Both the position numbers and the translations under genes were made by a program. This document shows positions 8,976 to 18,948 of a stretch of 64,000 bases of DNA, piece by piece (the first letter of the stretch is position 1; each line of letters opens with the position of its first letter). Source of the stretch: an uncultured Muribaculaceae bacterium (GTDB lineage: Bacteria > Cyanobacteriota > Vampirovibrionia > Gastranaerophilales > Gastranaerophilaceae); NCBI GenBank assembly GCA_964626145.1, contig CAZVBZ010000004.1, forward strand, positions 23,235 to 87,234, given 5' to 3'. Under the pieces are notes generated by a model. The model did no database searches. It saw nothing but the letters and a program-made list of their open reading frames with translations, and was not told the origin of the DNA.

Positions 8976-9476
8976 TTAAATATTTTTTATGTTAACAAAT
9001 TGATTTTCTCTTGAAATAGCAACTTTACCAGAACGCACTAACTCTTTTATGCCCATCGGTTTTAAAAGCTCAATAAGAGAATTAATTTGTCTTGAATCAC
9101 CAAAAGCCTGAATTGTATAGGTTTTATTTGTAACATCTATTATTTTTGCGTCAAAAATTTCAGCAATTCTCAATATTTCAGAGCGAGCCTCATCTTTTGC
9201 TGTAACTTTACACAAAATAAGTTCTCTTTCTATATAATCCAAAGAATTTAAATCAACAACTTTTAAAGTCGGAATTAACCTATTTAATTGTTTTGTAATT
9301 TGTTCAATAACAGAATCTTCACCATAAGTTATAACTGTCAAGCGAGAGTAATCGTTATCAAGCGTAGGTGCAACGGTAAGGCTTTCTATATTATAACCTC
9401 TACCTGAAAATAAATCCGAAACTCTTGACAAAACTCCTGATTCATTTCTTACTAAAACTGATATAGTATGTTTCAT
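8976..9476 (-). CDS. ACT-domain protein, acetolactate synthase small-subunit-like
   Basis: MKHTISVLVRNESGVLSRVSDLFSGRGYNIESLTV matches IlvH/IlvN ACT domains; no adjacent large subunit. Confidence 0.6.
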   Translation of the reverse strand: MKHTISVLVRNESGVLSRVSDLFSGRGYNIESLTVAPTLDNDYSRLTVITYGEDSVIEQITKQLNRLIPTLKVVDLNSLDYIERELILCKVTAKDEARSEILRIAEIFDAKIIDVTNKTYTIQAFGDSRQINSLIELLKPMGIKELVRSGKVAISRENQFVNIKNI

Positions 9477-9552
9477 TTCCAGTCCTCTATTTTAATTAAT
9501 TAATTTATATTGTATCATAAAAAAGTCTATTCATATAACAAGGTTTAAAATA

Positions 9553-10140
9553 ATGATAAAACTTGGTTTAACAGGAAATATTGCCGCAGGAAAATCAGAA
9601 GTTGAAAAAATATTCAAAAAACTAGGAATTCCAACAATATGCGCAGATTCAATAGTACATAATATTTTTAACAATAATGAAACTGTTAAAAAATCAATAG
9701 TAGAAACATTTAGCGGTTATGATGTATTGACAGAACAAAAATTAGACAGAAAAAAATTAGGTAAAATTGTTTTTTCTGACGCAAATTTAAAAAAGAAGTT
9801 AGAAAAAATTATTCACCCTATTGTTATTAAAGAAATTTTTAACTTTTTTAATAAAGAAAAAGATAAAAATGTAATTGTTGTAGATATTCCACTTTTGTTT
9901 GAAGGACATTTTGAATATTTATTTGACAAAATATTACTAGTTTACGCAAATGACAAAATACGTTTTGAAAGAATAAAAAAAAGAAACGGATTTAGTGACG
10001 AATATATAGAAAAAATTATGAAATCTCAAATGAATCAAGAAGAAAAGAAAAAATTATCTGATTTTGTTATAATCAATGAAAACCAAACACTTAATGATTT
10101 ACAAAAAGACGTTAAACATATTATAAAAGAACTAAAATGA
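9553..10140 (+). CDS. coaE: dephospho-CoA kinase
   Basis: P-loop GLTGNIAAGKSEV and CoaE family similarity. Confidence 0.85.
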   Translation: MIKLGLTGNIAAGKSEVEKIFKKLGIPTICADSIVHNIFNNNETVKKSIVETFSGYDVLTEQKLDRKKLGKIVFSDANLKKKLEKIIHPIVIKEIFNFFNKEKDKNVIVVDIPLLFEGHFEYLFDKILLVYANDKIRFERIKKRNGFSDEYIEKIMKSQMNQEEKKKLSDFVIINENQTLNDLQKDVKHIIKELK

Positions 10141-10424
10141 TACTAGAAAGTTTTTCAAAAATATTAAAAAGAACAAATTCTAAAAAATACATAAAACTAC
10201 TTACTTTATGGTTAAAAAAAAGAATATCTAAACCTGCAAAAACAAAAGTAGACAGAATTATTCAAAGTGAATGCTGGTTCGCTAAAAATAAATATGGAGA
10301 TTTTATAATAATTCCAAAATCACAAACAGGAAGAAATTTAACGCAATCTTTATATAATTATGTTAAAAGTGTCGAAAATGTAGATGTTTCAAGATTTTTG
10401 CACAACAATAATAAAATAAAATAA
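10137..10424 (+). CDS. hypothetical small basic protein
   Basis: 95-aa ORF overlapping the coaE stop (ATGA); no recognisable domain. Confidence 0.3.
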   Translation: MILESFSKILKRTNSKKYIKLLTLWLKKRISKPAKTKVDRIIQSECWFAKNKYGDFIIIPKSQTGRNLTQSLYNYVKSVENVDVSRFLHNNNKIK

Positions 10425-10709
10425 AAAAATATTTGTATTATTTTTTATGTAGATAACTTGTAGAAAAGTTTTATAAAACTGTCTTATTTTTAGTTAAAAT
10501 TTTGTATAAAAAATTTTTTATACAAAAAAATAATAACAAATTACAACTTTTATTACATTTATCTACAAATTCTTTACAATTTAAAACTCAATAATAACAA
10601 TACTTTTAGTAATTTATCTACATAAAATTTAATCTATTATTACTATTATTATTTTTATATATTATTATTAATATAAATAATCAATTAGAAATGCAGTTAA
10701 GGAGTAAAC
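10425..10709. promoter_or_regulatory. putative oriC / DnaA-box cluster upstream of dnaN
   Basis: ~285-bp, >80% AT intergenic region. It contains three perfect TTATCTACA 9-mers at 10448-10456 (inverted), 10559-10567 and 10614-10622. It also contains a perfect 26-bp palindrome TTTGTATAAAAAA|TTTTTTATACAAA at 10501-10526. Confidence 0.5.
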
Positions 10710-11831
10710 ATGATTTTTACAATAGAAAAAGAATCTTTGCTGAATAATTTAAGAATTGTTGAAAAAGCAAGTTTGTCAAAAGGTATTCAACCTGTTTTAT
10801 CAAATATTTTAATAGAAGCAAAAGATAACGAAGTACGTTTTTCGGCTACAGATTTAGATTTGTCAATTCAAGCTGCTACAACAGCAGTTGTTGAAACAGA
10901 TGGAGCAGTAACACTTCCTGCTAAAAAATTGAGCGACATTGTTTCAAGACTTCCCGAAAAACCAGTTGTTTTTAATATAGATTTAAATACTAATGTTGCA
11001 AGTATTACATGCGGTAATGCGAAATTTGAACTTGTCGGTATAGCAGCAAGTGAATTTCCAAACGTTGTTGATAAATCAATATTAGCGGATAAAGAATCTT
11101 TTGAAATAGAAGTAAAACCGTTTGTAAAAGGTATAAAACATACTGTTTATGCTGCAGCAAACTATGAAAATAGAAATATTATTAGTGGTGTTTTTTGTTC
11201 AATAGATTCAGAAAAACTAGAAATGGCTGCAACAGATGGAAATAGATTAACGAGAATTGTTGAAATTATTAAAAATGATGAACAAAAATCAAAATCTTTT
11301 GTTATTCCATCAAGAACACTTCAAGAAGTTTTGCGTATTGTATCGCTAGTTAACGATACTGTTTTAGAAATTTATGCAGATGTGTCAAGAATTATAGTTA
11401 AAACTAATTCGGTAATACTTTCTTCTAGACTTCTTGAGGGTGAATATCCTCCGTACAAACAGCTTATACCTACATCTTGTGCAAAAGAAGCAGTCGTAGC
11501 AAGAGAAGATTTAATAAATGCTTTGGAGCGAGTTTCTGTAATGGTAAATGAAAGAACAAATATTATTAAATTTACTTTTGCTAAAGAGTCATTGACTCTT
11601 AAAGCAGATACTCCTGAAACAGGCGCTTCAGAAGATGTTATTTCAATTGAATTTTCAGATAGTGAAGAACTTGTTATTGCTTTTAACTACAAATATGTGT
11701 TAGATTCATTAAAAATAATGGAAAGTAAAAATGTAAAAATAGGTTTGGGTGGCAGTTTGTCTGCTACAATATTTAAACCAGATTCAGAAGATGATTATCT
11801 GTGTTTAATAATGCCTATTCAGATAAGATAA
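10710..11831 (+). CDS. dnaN: DNA polymerase III beta sliding clamp
   Basis: Family similarity over the full length; RBS aaggag upstream. Confidence 0.9.
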   Translation: MIFTIEKESLLNNLRIVEKASLSKGIQPVLSNILIEAKDNEVRFSATDLDLSIQAATTAVVETDGAVTLPAKKLSDIVSRLPEKPVVFNIDLNTNVASITCGNAKFELVGIAASEFPNVVDKSILADKESFEIEVKPFVKGIKHTVYAAANYENRNIISGVFCSIDSEKLEMAATDGNRLTRIVEIIKNDEQKSKSFVIPSRTLQEVLRIVSLVNDTVLEIYADVSRIIVKTNSVILSSRLLEGEYPPYKQLIPTSCAKEAVVAREDLINALERVSVMVNERTNIIKFTFAKESLTLKADTPETGASEDVISIEFSDSEELVIAFNYKYVLDSLKIMESKNVKIGLGGSLSATIFKPDSEDDYLCLIMPIQIR

Positions 11832-11840
11832 GAGGTAAAA

Positions 11841-12773
11841 ATGAAAGTTACAGTAAAGGTTCCGGCTACAACAGCTAATTTAGGTCCGGGATTTGATTGT
11901 TTTGGTTTAGCATTGCCGATATATAACGAAGTTACTATAGAAGAAACCGTAATGCCTGGGACAGGAATTGAAATTTCAATTCTTTCTAATAATCAGGAAG
12001 AACTTGATATTATGTCTATTCCAACCGACAAAGAAAATATTGTTTATAAAGCAGTTGAGCTTTTATATAATTCTATAGGACAAGTTCCAAGTGAACTTAA
12101 AATTACAATAAAATCAGATATTCCTATAGCTAAAGGTTTGGGAAGTTCGGCATCTGTTATTGTTGGTGGACTCGTTGCTGCAAATGAACTTTTGGGGCAT
12201 CCAGCTGATGAAGCAGCTCTTTTGTCTATAGCAACAGAAGTTGAAGGTCATCCAGATAATGTAACACCTGCTATAGTTGGTGGTATGGTTATTTCTTCCC
12301 AAGAAGAAGATGGAAGTATTGTTTATAGAAAATTAGATTGGCCACAAGATTGGAAAATAATGGTTTGTGTACCTGATTACGAACTTCCTACTGATATAGC
12401 TCGTTCTGTTATTCCAAAAGAAGTTCCATTAAAAGACGCTTCTTTTAACTTAAGAAGAAGTGCTATGCTTGTACATGCTGTACATGAAGAAGATGAAGAT
12501 TTAATGAGGCTTGCTTTAACAGATAAACTTCATCAACCCTACAGAATGAAACTTGTACCAGGATTAAGTGAAATTATTGAAAATTTAAAACATGAACAAG
12601 ATGTTTTAGGATGTGTTTTGAGCGGTGCTGGTCCTTCTGTAATAGTTATAACCAAAGGAAATTCGCAAGAAAGAATAAAAGATATTGTAAAAAATACCTG
12701 GACTGATTTGAATGTAAAATCAGATATACAGGTTTTGAAAGTTGAAGAACAGGGCGCTGTTGTTTTAAATTAA
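11841..12773 (+). CDS. thrB: homoserine kinase
   Basis: GHMP kinase motifs (PATTANLGPGFD; KGLGSSAS). Confidence 0.85.
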   Translation: MKVTVKVPATTANLGPGFDCFGLALPIYNEVTIEETVMPGTGIEISILSNNQEELDIMSIPTDKENIVYKAVELLYNSIGQVPSELKITIKSDIPIAKGLGSSASVIVGGLVAANELLGHPADEAALLSIATEVEGHPDNVTPAIVGGMVISSQEEDGSIVYRKLDWPQDWKIMVCVPDYELPTDIARSVIPKEVPLKDASFNLRRSAMLVHAVHEEDEDLMRLALTDKLHQPYRMKLVPGLSEIIENLKHEQDVLGCVLSGAGPSVIVITKGNSQERIKDIVKNTWTDLNVKSDIQVLKVEEQGAVVLN

Positions 12774-12774
12774 T

Positions 12775-13461
12775 ATGGGTAAATTCTTTAATTATAACGT
12801 AAATACTGGCTTATACAATATGTCTTTTGATGAAAAAATGCTTAATGATTGTATAACTAGTGAGGATAAAGAGCCTGTTTTGAGATTATATGGGTGGAGT
12901 CCGGCATGTGTTTCTCTTGGTAGAAATCAAAGAGATACAATAGATTATGAAGTTTGTAATCAAAATAATATTGATGTTGTAAGAAGAATTACTGGTGGGA
13001 GAGCACTTCTTCATGACAAAGAACTTACTTATTCTTTCGTTTGTCCTGTAAATTTTTTACAGTCTGGTGAAAGTGTTATTAAGTCGTATAAAGAAATTTC
13101 TCAGGCTTTGATTTTTGGGATGAATGAACTTGGTATAAATGTTGATTTTCCAGAAGAAAAGAAAATAAAAACAACTGCAAATTATTGTATGTCACTTTCT
13201 ACTGGCGCAGATTTAAGTTATAAAGGTAAAAAAATTATAGGTTCTGCGCAAGTTCGAAAATCAGGTTATATTTTGCAGCATGGTTCAATTCTTATTGATG
13301 TAGATTTTAATCTTATTAAAAAGTTATTTCACGAATCTGCTAAAATCCATGAAATAACTTTTGTAAAGGAGATAAATAGTAGTTTAAAAATTGATGATTT
13401 GATTTTCTATATCAAAAGAGGATTTGAAAAGAAATTTAATCAAACTTTTTTTAGTTTATAA
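12775..13461 (+). CDS. lipoate-protein ligase / octanoyltransferase family protein (BPL_LPL catalytic domain)
   Basis: RRITGGRALLHDKELTYSF resembles the LplA-family motif RRxxGGxAVxHD; 228 aa, catalytic domain only. Confidence 0.6.
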   Translation: MGKFFNYNVNTGLYNMSFDEKMLNDCITSEDKEPVLRLYGWSPACVSLGRNQRDTIDYEVCNQNNIDVVRRITGGRALLHDKELTYSFVCPVNFLQSGESVIKSYKEISQALIFGMNELGINVDFPEEKKIKTTANYCMSLSTGADLSYKGKKIIGSAQVRKSGYILQHGSILIDVDFNLIKKLFHESAKIHEITFVKEINSSLKIDDLIFYIKRGFEKKFNQTFFSL

Positions 13462-13629
13462 TGGATAAACTAAAAAATCTTTCTCTGACATAGCTGCAGT
13501 GCATTCGAGTGCTTTTTCAAGAAATGCTTCAATAGCTTTTTCTATAGTTTTAACTTCTTTTCTTAGCATTCTGTAATCTTTTTCTTTGCTTTTGTTTAGT
13601 GCTTGTTTAAAATTTTCGTAGTTTTTCAT
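13456..13629 (-). CDS. hypothetical 57-aa helical protein (below the ORF-table size cut-off)
   Basis: Translates to MKNYENFKQALNKSKEKDYRMLRKEVKTIEKAIEAFLEKALECTAAMSEKDFLVYPL; found by manual translation. Confidence 0.25.
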   Translation of the reverse strand: MKNYENFKQALNKSKEKDYRMLRKEVKTIEKAIEAFLEKALECTAAMSEKDFLVYPL

Positions 13630-13790
13630 CACACATACCCTTTTTTTAATAACCTACATTTTATTTATCGGCATTTTTATTTAATAACTTTAATAAATGT
13701 GAAAAAAAAGTTACAAAACAAAACAATACTATTTATCAGTGTGTTTTCAAAAAAATATTTATACTAAAATATAATTAAGGAGCGGAAAAG

Positions 13791-15098
13791 ATGAAGAGTA
13801 AAAGACTCACCCTTTATATTTTTATAGCTTTGATACTTGGCGTATTAGTTGGTGGATTTTACCCTGAAATAGGTGTAAAAACACAGTTTTTAGCGACTGT
13901 TTTTTTAAACATGATTAAAATGATTATTGCTCCTTTGTTATTTGCAACGCTTGTTATTGGTATTGCAGGTCATGGTGATGTTAAACATTTAGGAAAAATA
14001 GGCATAAAAACTATTTTTTACTTTGAAGTTGTTACTACTATTGCGCTTTTTATAGGTCTTGCAGCTGGTCATATTTTTCAGCCTGGTAAAGGTTTTGTGA
14101 TAGATATAAGTAATGCCCAGATGAATATGGTTCAAGCTATGGCTGATTCACACCATCATGAAACAATTTCTGAAATGCTTATAACAATGGTGCCGACAAG
14201 TATTGTAGATGCAATGGCAACTGGTAATCTTTTGCAAATTGTTGTTTTTGCAATATTTTTTGCTTTAGCAATTTGTGCAATAAAAGAGAAGGCAAAACCA
14301 TTTTTATCTATACTAACTTCTTTGTCAGATATTATGTTTAAATTTACAGAACTTGTTATGTGGTTTGCACCAATAGGTATTTTCGGTGCAATAGCCTCTA
14401 CTGTAGCGCATAACGGTTTCCAAATTCTTGGTAATTATGCAAAAATAATATTTGCACTTTATGCTGCACTTATAATTTTTGTTTTTTGTGTATTAATTAT
14501 AGTTTGCAAGATATGTAAAGTTCCGTTTAGAGGAATATTAAGAGCAATATCAGAACCTGCGCTGCTTGCTTTTTCAACAGCAAGTTCAGAGGCAGCTTTG
14601 CCTAAAGCTATGGAAATAATGGAAAAATTTGGTGTTCCTAAAAATATAGTTGGTTTTGTTATGCCTACAGGTTATACTTTTAATTTAGATGGAAGTACAT
14701 TGTATTTGGCTTTGGGTGTTTTGTTTTCAACTCAAATTGTTGGCATAGATTTGTCATTACAACAGCAAATTTTTATAATGATAGCTTTGATGCTTACTTC
14801 TAAAGGTATTGCTGGAATTCCAAGAGTTGCTCTGGTTGTTATGGCTGGTACTCTTTCTTCCTTTGGATATCCGATTATAGGTGTTGCTATTTTGCTTGGA
14901 ATTGACCAAATTTTAGACATGGGGCGTACTACAGTTAATTTGATTGGTAATTGTGTAGCTACGGTTGTTATAGCAAAATGGGAAAAAGATTTTGATTATG
15001 ATAAAATGGAAAATTTTATAAATAGTGAAAAAAAGAAAAAAGCGCTTATAAAAAGATTTAGAGCCAGAAATGATGAAAAAAAAGTAATTCAGGCATAA
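13791..15098 (+). CDS. dicarboxylate/amino acid:cation symporter (DAACS, GltP-like)
   Basis: Multi-pass membrane protein with DAACS family similarity; RBS aaggag. Confidence 0.85.
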   Translation: MKSKRLTLYIFIALILGVLVGGFYPEIGVKTQFLATVFLNMIKMIIAPLLFATLVIGIAGHGDVKHLGKIGIKTIFYFEVVTTIALFIGLAAGHIFQPGKGFVIDISNAQMNMVQAMADSHHHETISEMLITMVPTSIVDAMATGNLLQIVVFAIFFALAICAIKEKAKPFLSILTSLSDIMFKFTELVMWFAPIGIFGAIASTVAHNGFQILGNYAKIIFALYAALIIFVFCVLIIVCKICKVPFRGILRAISEPALLAFSTASSEAALPKAMEIMEKFGVPKNIVGFVMPTGYTFNLDGSTLYLALGVLFSTQIVGIDLSLQQQIFIMIALMLTSKGIAGIPRVALVVMAGTLSSFGYPIIGVAILLGIDQILDMGRTTVNLIGNCVATVVIAKWEKDFDYDKMENFINSEKKKKALIKRFRARNDEKKVIQA

Positions 15099-15165
15099 TT
15101 TATTATTCTTTTGTCTATAATAAATTTTCTTCTCGCATGTAATAAATAAAAATAAAGGAGAAGAA

Positions 15166-16179
15166 ATGAAAAACATAGTTTTTTTTAATATAGATAATGA
15201 TGATAAAATTTTTTTTGAAAAAGAATTTGGAAAAGCTTTTAATTTAAAATTTTTTAAGCATTCTTTAGAAGATTTTGTACATATTACAGAAGATATTAAA
15301 AATGCTAATGTTATTTCATGTTTTACAACTTCTGAACTTAGTTCAAAAATATTAGAAAAATTTTCTAATTTGGAAATGATTGCTCTGCGTTGTGTTGGCT
15401 TTAATAATGTTGATATAGAATATTGTAAAAAAAATAATATAAAAGTTTTAAACTCAAAAGGTTATGGTAATAGAACAGTTGCGGAATTTACGTTTGGTTT
15501 AATTTTTGATGTTTCAAGATATGTTTCTAAATCTTACCTCGATTTGGTAGATAATAGTAAGCAAAAAAGTAATTATACTGGAATAGAAATAAAAGGAAAA
15601 ACAATTGGAATTATAGGACTAGGTGCAATAGGTTCTGAGGTAGCAAAAATAGCTCACAATTTGCAAATGAATGTTCTAGGCTATGATATTTATGAGAATG
15701 AAAATTTAAAAGAAAATTACAACGTTAAATATGTTTCTTTAGATAAATTGCTTTCAGAGTCTGATTTTATATCAATACATGCTCCACTTACAAAAGAAAA
15801 CTATCATCTTATAGATGAAAAAAAATTTGCACTAATGAAAGAAACAGCAATTGTAATAAATACAGCAAGAGGTGAAATTATTGATACAAATGCATTATAC
15901 AAAGCTCTTTCATTTGGTACTATTAAAGGTGCGGGGCTTGATGTGCTTGAATGCGAAGATGTTACAAATGATAAAAATTTTAAATTTGACATGGATTATC
16001 TTGACAAAAAGTCTATAAAACAAATATTATTAAACCACGAGATTACTAAACTCGATAATGCAATAGTTACACCTCATATTGCTTATGATACAGAAGAAGC
16101 TAAAGAAAGAATAAGACAAATTACAACAAAAAATATATATTCTTTTTTTGCTGGAAATATTCAAAATAACGTTTATTAA
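15166..16179 (+). CDS. D-isomer-specific 2-hydroxyacid dehydrogenase (NAD-binding)
   Basis: GxGxxG (GIIGLGAIGSEVA) and the catalytic R/E/H pattern of this family. Confidence 0.8.
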   Translation: MKNIVFFNIDNDDKIFFEKEFGKAFNLKFFKHSLEDFVHITEDIKNANVISCFTTSELSSKILEKFSNLEMIALRCVGFNNVDIEYCKKNNIKVLNSKGYGNRTVAEFTFGLIFDVSRYVSKSYLDLVDNSKQKSNYTGIEIKGKTIGIIGLGAIGSEVAKIAHNLQMNVLGYDIYENENLKENYNVKYVSLDKLLSESDFISIHAPLTKENYHLIDEKKFALMKETAIVINTARGEIIDTNALYKALSFGTIKGAGLDVLECEDVTNDKNFKFDMDYLDKKSIKQILLNHEITKLDNAIVTPHIAYDTEEAKERIRQITTKNIYSFFAGNIQNNVY

Positions 16180-17127
16180 ATGACTTTACTCCAAATTGAA
16201 AAATTAAATTTAGGCTTTAACCTGTCCAGTGGCTTTAAACAGGTTATTTATGATGTTTCACTTTCTGTAGAAAAAGGGCAAATGCTTGCTATAGTTGGTG
16301 AATCTGGATGTGGAAAAACTCTAACAGCTATGAGTATTTTAAATCTTCTGCCAAAGAATGCAGAAATAAAATCAGGTCAAATTTTATTTAACAATGAAAA
16401 TTTACTCCAAAAAACAGATTTTCAAATGCAAAAAATTAGAGGAAAAAATATTGCACTTATTCCTCAAGACCCTATGACAGCGTTAAATCCTTTATATACT
16501 ATAGAAAATCAACTTTTAGAAGTTATTAAACTTCATCAACCTGATGAAAAAAATCCTCAACAAATAGCTTTAAAAGCTTTAGAAGACGTAAAAATTCCAA
16601 ATGCATTTGAACGATTAAAATCTTATCCGCATGAACTTTCTGGAGGAATGAAACAACGTATTATTATTGCAATGGCACTTGCATGCAAAGCTGATTTAAT
16701 AATAGCTGATGAGCCGACAACTGCATTAGACGTAACAGTTCAATCTCAAATAATGATACTTTTAAATCAAATAAAAGAAACAAGAAATACAGCGATTATA
16801 TTGATTACACATGATTTAGGACTTGTTGCAGAAAATGCAGATTTTGTGGCTGTTATGTATGCTGGTAATATTGTTGAATATGCACCAAAAAACGTGTTAT
16901 TTAAAAATCCGCTTCATCCTTATACAAAAGCATTATTTATGGCTTTACCGGATATGAATAGTGAAAAGCTAATTCCAATTGATGGTCATCCACCATCAAT
17001 TGATGAAACAATTTATGGTTGTCAGTTTCATCCGCGATGTAAATGTAAAAAGGAAATTTGTTTTCAAAAAAAACCTCTGGTAATTAAAAAAGAAAACTCT
17101 TTTGTTTCTTGTTGGCTTTATAAATAA
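16180..17127 (+). CDS. ABC transporter ATP-binding protein (OppD/DppD-type, orphan)
   Basis: Walker A GESGCGKT, signature LSGGMKQR, Walker B IIADEPT, oligopeptide-type C-terminal tail. No permease or binding-protein gene nearby. Confidence 0.8.
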   Translation: MTLLQIEKLNLGFNLSSGFKQVIYDVSLSVEKGQMLAIVGESGCGKTLTAMSILNLLPKNAEIKSGQILFNNENLLQKTDFQMQKIRGKNIALIPQDPMTALNPLYTIENQLLEVIKLHQPDEKNPQQIALKALEDVKIPNAFERLKSYPHELSGGMKQRIIIAMALACKADLIIADEPTTALDVTVQSQIMILLNQIKETRNTAIILITHDLGLVAENADFVAVMYAGNIVEYAPKNVLFKNPLHPYTKALFMALPDMNSEKLIPIDGHPPSIDETIYGCQFHPRCKCKKEICFQKKPLVIKKENSFVSCWLYK

Positions 17128-17191
17128 ATAATTTAATCCGGCATAATTTTTGTGTTATAATTTGTTCAAAACATAATGCGGGAGTTTAAAC

Positions 17192-18634
17192 ATGAGTGAA
17201 TTAAGAGATAAATATGAAGTTGTTATAGGACTAGAAGTTCACGCACAACTTAAAACTAAGTCAAAAATATTTGCACCAGACGGAACAGAATTTGGTAAAG
17301 AACAAAATACACAAATTAGTCCTATTACTTTAGGTATGCCTGGAGTTTTGCCTGTTTTAAATAAAGAATGTGTTAATATGGGTATTATTTTGGGGCTTGC
17401 TCTTAATTGTGAAATTCCAGAAAGATGTAAGTTTGATAGAAAACAGTATTTTTACGCTGATTTACCAAAAGGTTATCAAATATCACAATACGATGAACCT
17501 ATATGCATAAATGGTTATATTGATGTTAAAGGTAAAAGAATTGGCATAACTAGAGCACACTTGGAAGAAGATGCTGGAAAACTCGTTCATGCAGGTGCAG
17601 ATGGACTTGCTGGGTCAAATTATTCTTTGGTTGACTTAAATAGAGCAGGTACGCCACTTTTGGAAATAGTTTCCGAACCAGATATGAGAAGTTCTGAAGA
17701 AGCAAAAGATTATATGGAAGAACTTAGAAATATAGTTAGATATCTTGGTGTTTGCGATGGAAACCTTGATGAAGGTTCAATGCGTTGCGATGCAAATATT
17801 TCCATCATGCCAAAAGGTTCAAAAGAATTTGGTACTCGTGCAGAAATTAAAAACGTAAACTCATTTAGAGCACTCCAAAGAGCTATAGAATACGAAATTG
17901 ATAGACAAATAGAATTAGTTGAATCGGGTGAAAAAGTTGTTCAAGAAACTCGTCTTTGGGATGACAATCAAGGCGTTACAAAGTCAATGCGTGGTAAAGA
18001 AGATGCACATGATTACAGATATTTCCCGGAACCAGATTTAATGCCTTTAGAAATCTCACGTGAATGGGTTGAAAATATCCGTAAGTCTATGCCAGAATTA
18101 CCTGCTCAAAAACGAAAAAAATATGAAGAAGCCGGTCTAAGTGCCTATGATGCAAATGTTATTGTAGACCAAATGGAAACAGCCCTTTTCTACGATAAAG
18201 TTTTGAAATTGGGTGCAAATGCAAGAATAGCTTCTAATTTCCTTATGGGTGAAATTACAGCTTACCTAAAAGAAGAACACTTAACTATTGATAAAACAAA
18301 AATTACACCAGAAAGTCTTACAAAATTAATTGAATTGATTGAAAAAGGAACAATTTCAAATAATATTGCAAAAACCCTTGTTATGACTCTTGTAAAAGAA
18401 GGTGGAAACCCCGAAGAAATAGTTGAAAAACAAGGATTAGGCGTTATTTCTGATGAAGGCGCAATTAAAGAAATATGTAAAAAAGTTGTTGACTCCAACC
18501 CAAATCAAGTTGCTGCTTATAAAGGCGGAAAACAGCAATTGTTTGGATTTTTTGTTGGACAAGTGATGAAAGAAACTAAAGGACGAGCAAATCCTCAAAC
18601 AGTAAATACAATTTTAAAAGAGTTATTAAGTTAA
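17192..18634 (+). CDS. gatB: Asp-tRNA(Asn)/Glu-tRNA(Gln) amidotransferase subunit B
   Basis: Full-length GatB similarity (YEVVIGLEVHAQL...). Confidence 0.9.
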   Translation: MSELRDKYEVVIGLEVHAQLKTKSKIFAPDGTEFGKEQNTQISPITLGMPGVLPVLNKECVNMGIILGLALNCEIPERCKFDRKQYFYADLPKGYQISQYDEPICINGYIDVKGKRIGITRAHLEEDAGKLVHAGADGLAGSNYSLVDLNRAGTPLLEIVSEPDMRSSEEAKDYMEELRNIVRYLGVCDGNLDEGSMRCDANISIMPKGSKEFGTRAEIKNVNSFRALQRAIEYEIDRQIELVESGEKVVQETRLWDDNQGVTKSMRGKEDAHDYRYFPEPDLMPLEISREWVENIRKSMPELPAQKRKKYEEAGLSAYDANVIVDQMETALFYDKVLKLGANARIASNFLMGEITAYLKEEHLTIDKTKITPESLTKLIELIEKGTISNNIAKTLVMTLVKEGGNPEEIVEKQGLGVISDEGAIKEICKKVVDSNPNQVAAYKGGKQQLFGFFVGQVMKETKGRANPQTVNTILKELLS

Positions 18635-18701
18635 AAAATAAATTTTACTTAGTTACGCAACTGTAATGACTTTTATTTGTAAATTGCTCATAATTGCTAT
18701 T

Positions 18702-18935
18702 ATGAAATATAATAACATGGGTAAATTTATAAGAAGAAAACGCATTGAGCAAGGTATTTCTCTTAATGAATGTGCATTAAATGCAACAGTTGAAGGAGCA
18801 ACACTTTGTCGTGTTGAAACAAAACCGCAAGATATTAAAGTTTGCTGGTTGGCTAAAATTGCTGCAGTTTTTGGCATGACACTGTCCGAATTCATTAAAG
18901 AATACGAAAATTCTCAATGGGCAAAAGAAGAATAA
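18702..18935 (+). CDS. small HTH (XRE-like) DNA-binding protein, paralog A
   Basis: MKYNNMGKFIRRKRIEQGISLNECALNA... Start placed at the Met aligned with paralog B (MQYVNVGKFIRRKR); the table ORF begins at 18666. Confidence 0.5.
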   Translation: MKYNNMGKFIRRKRIEQGISLNECALNATVEGATLCRVETKPQDIKVCWLAKIAAVFGMTLSEFIKEYENSQWAKEE

Positions 18936-18948
18936 ATTTAAGTTAAAA

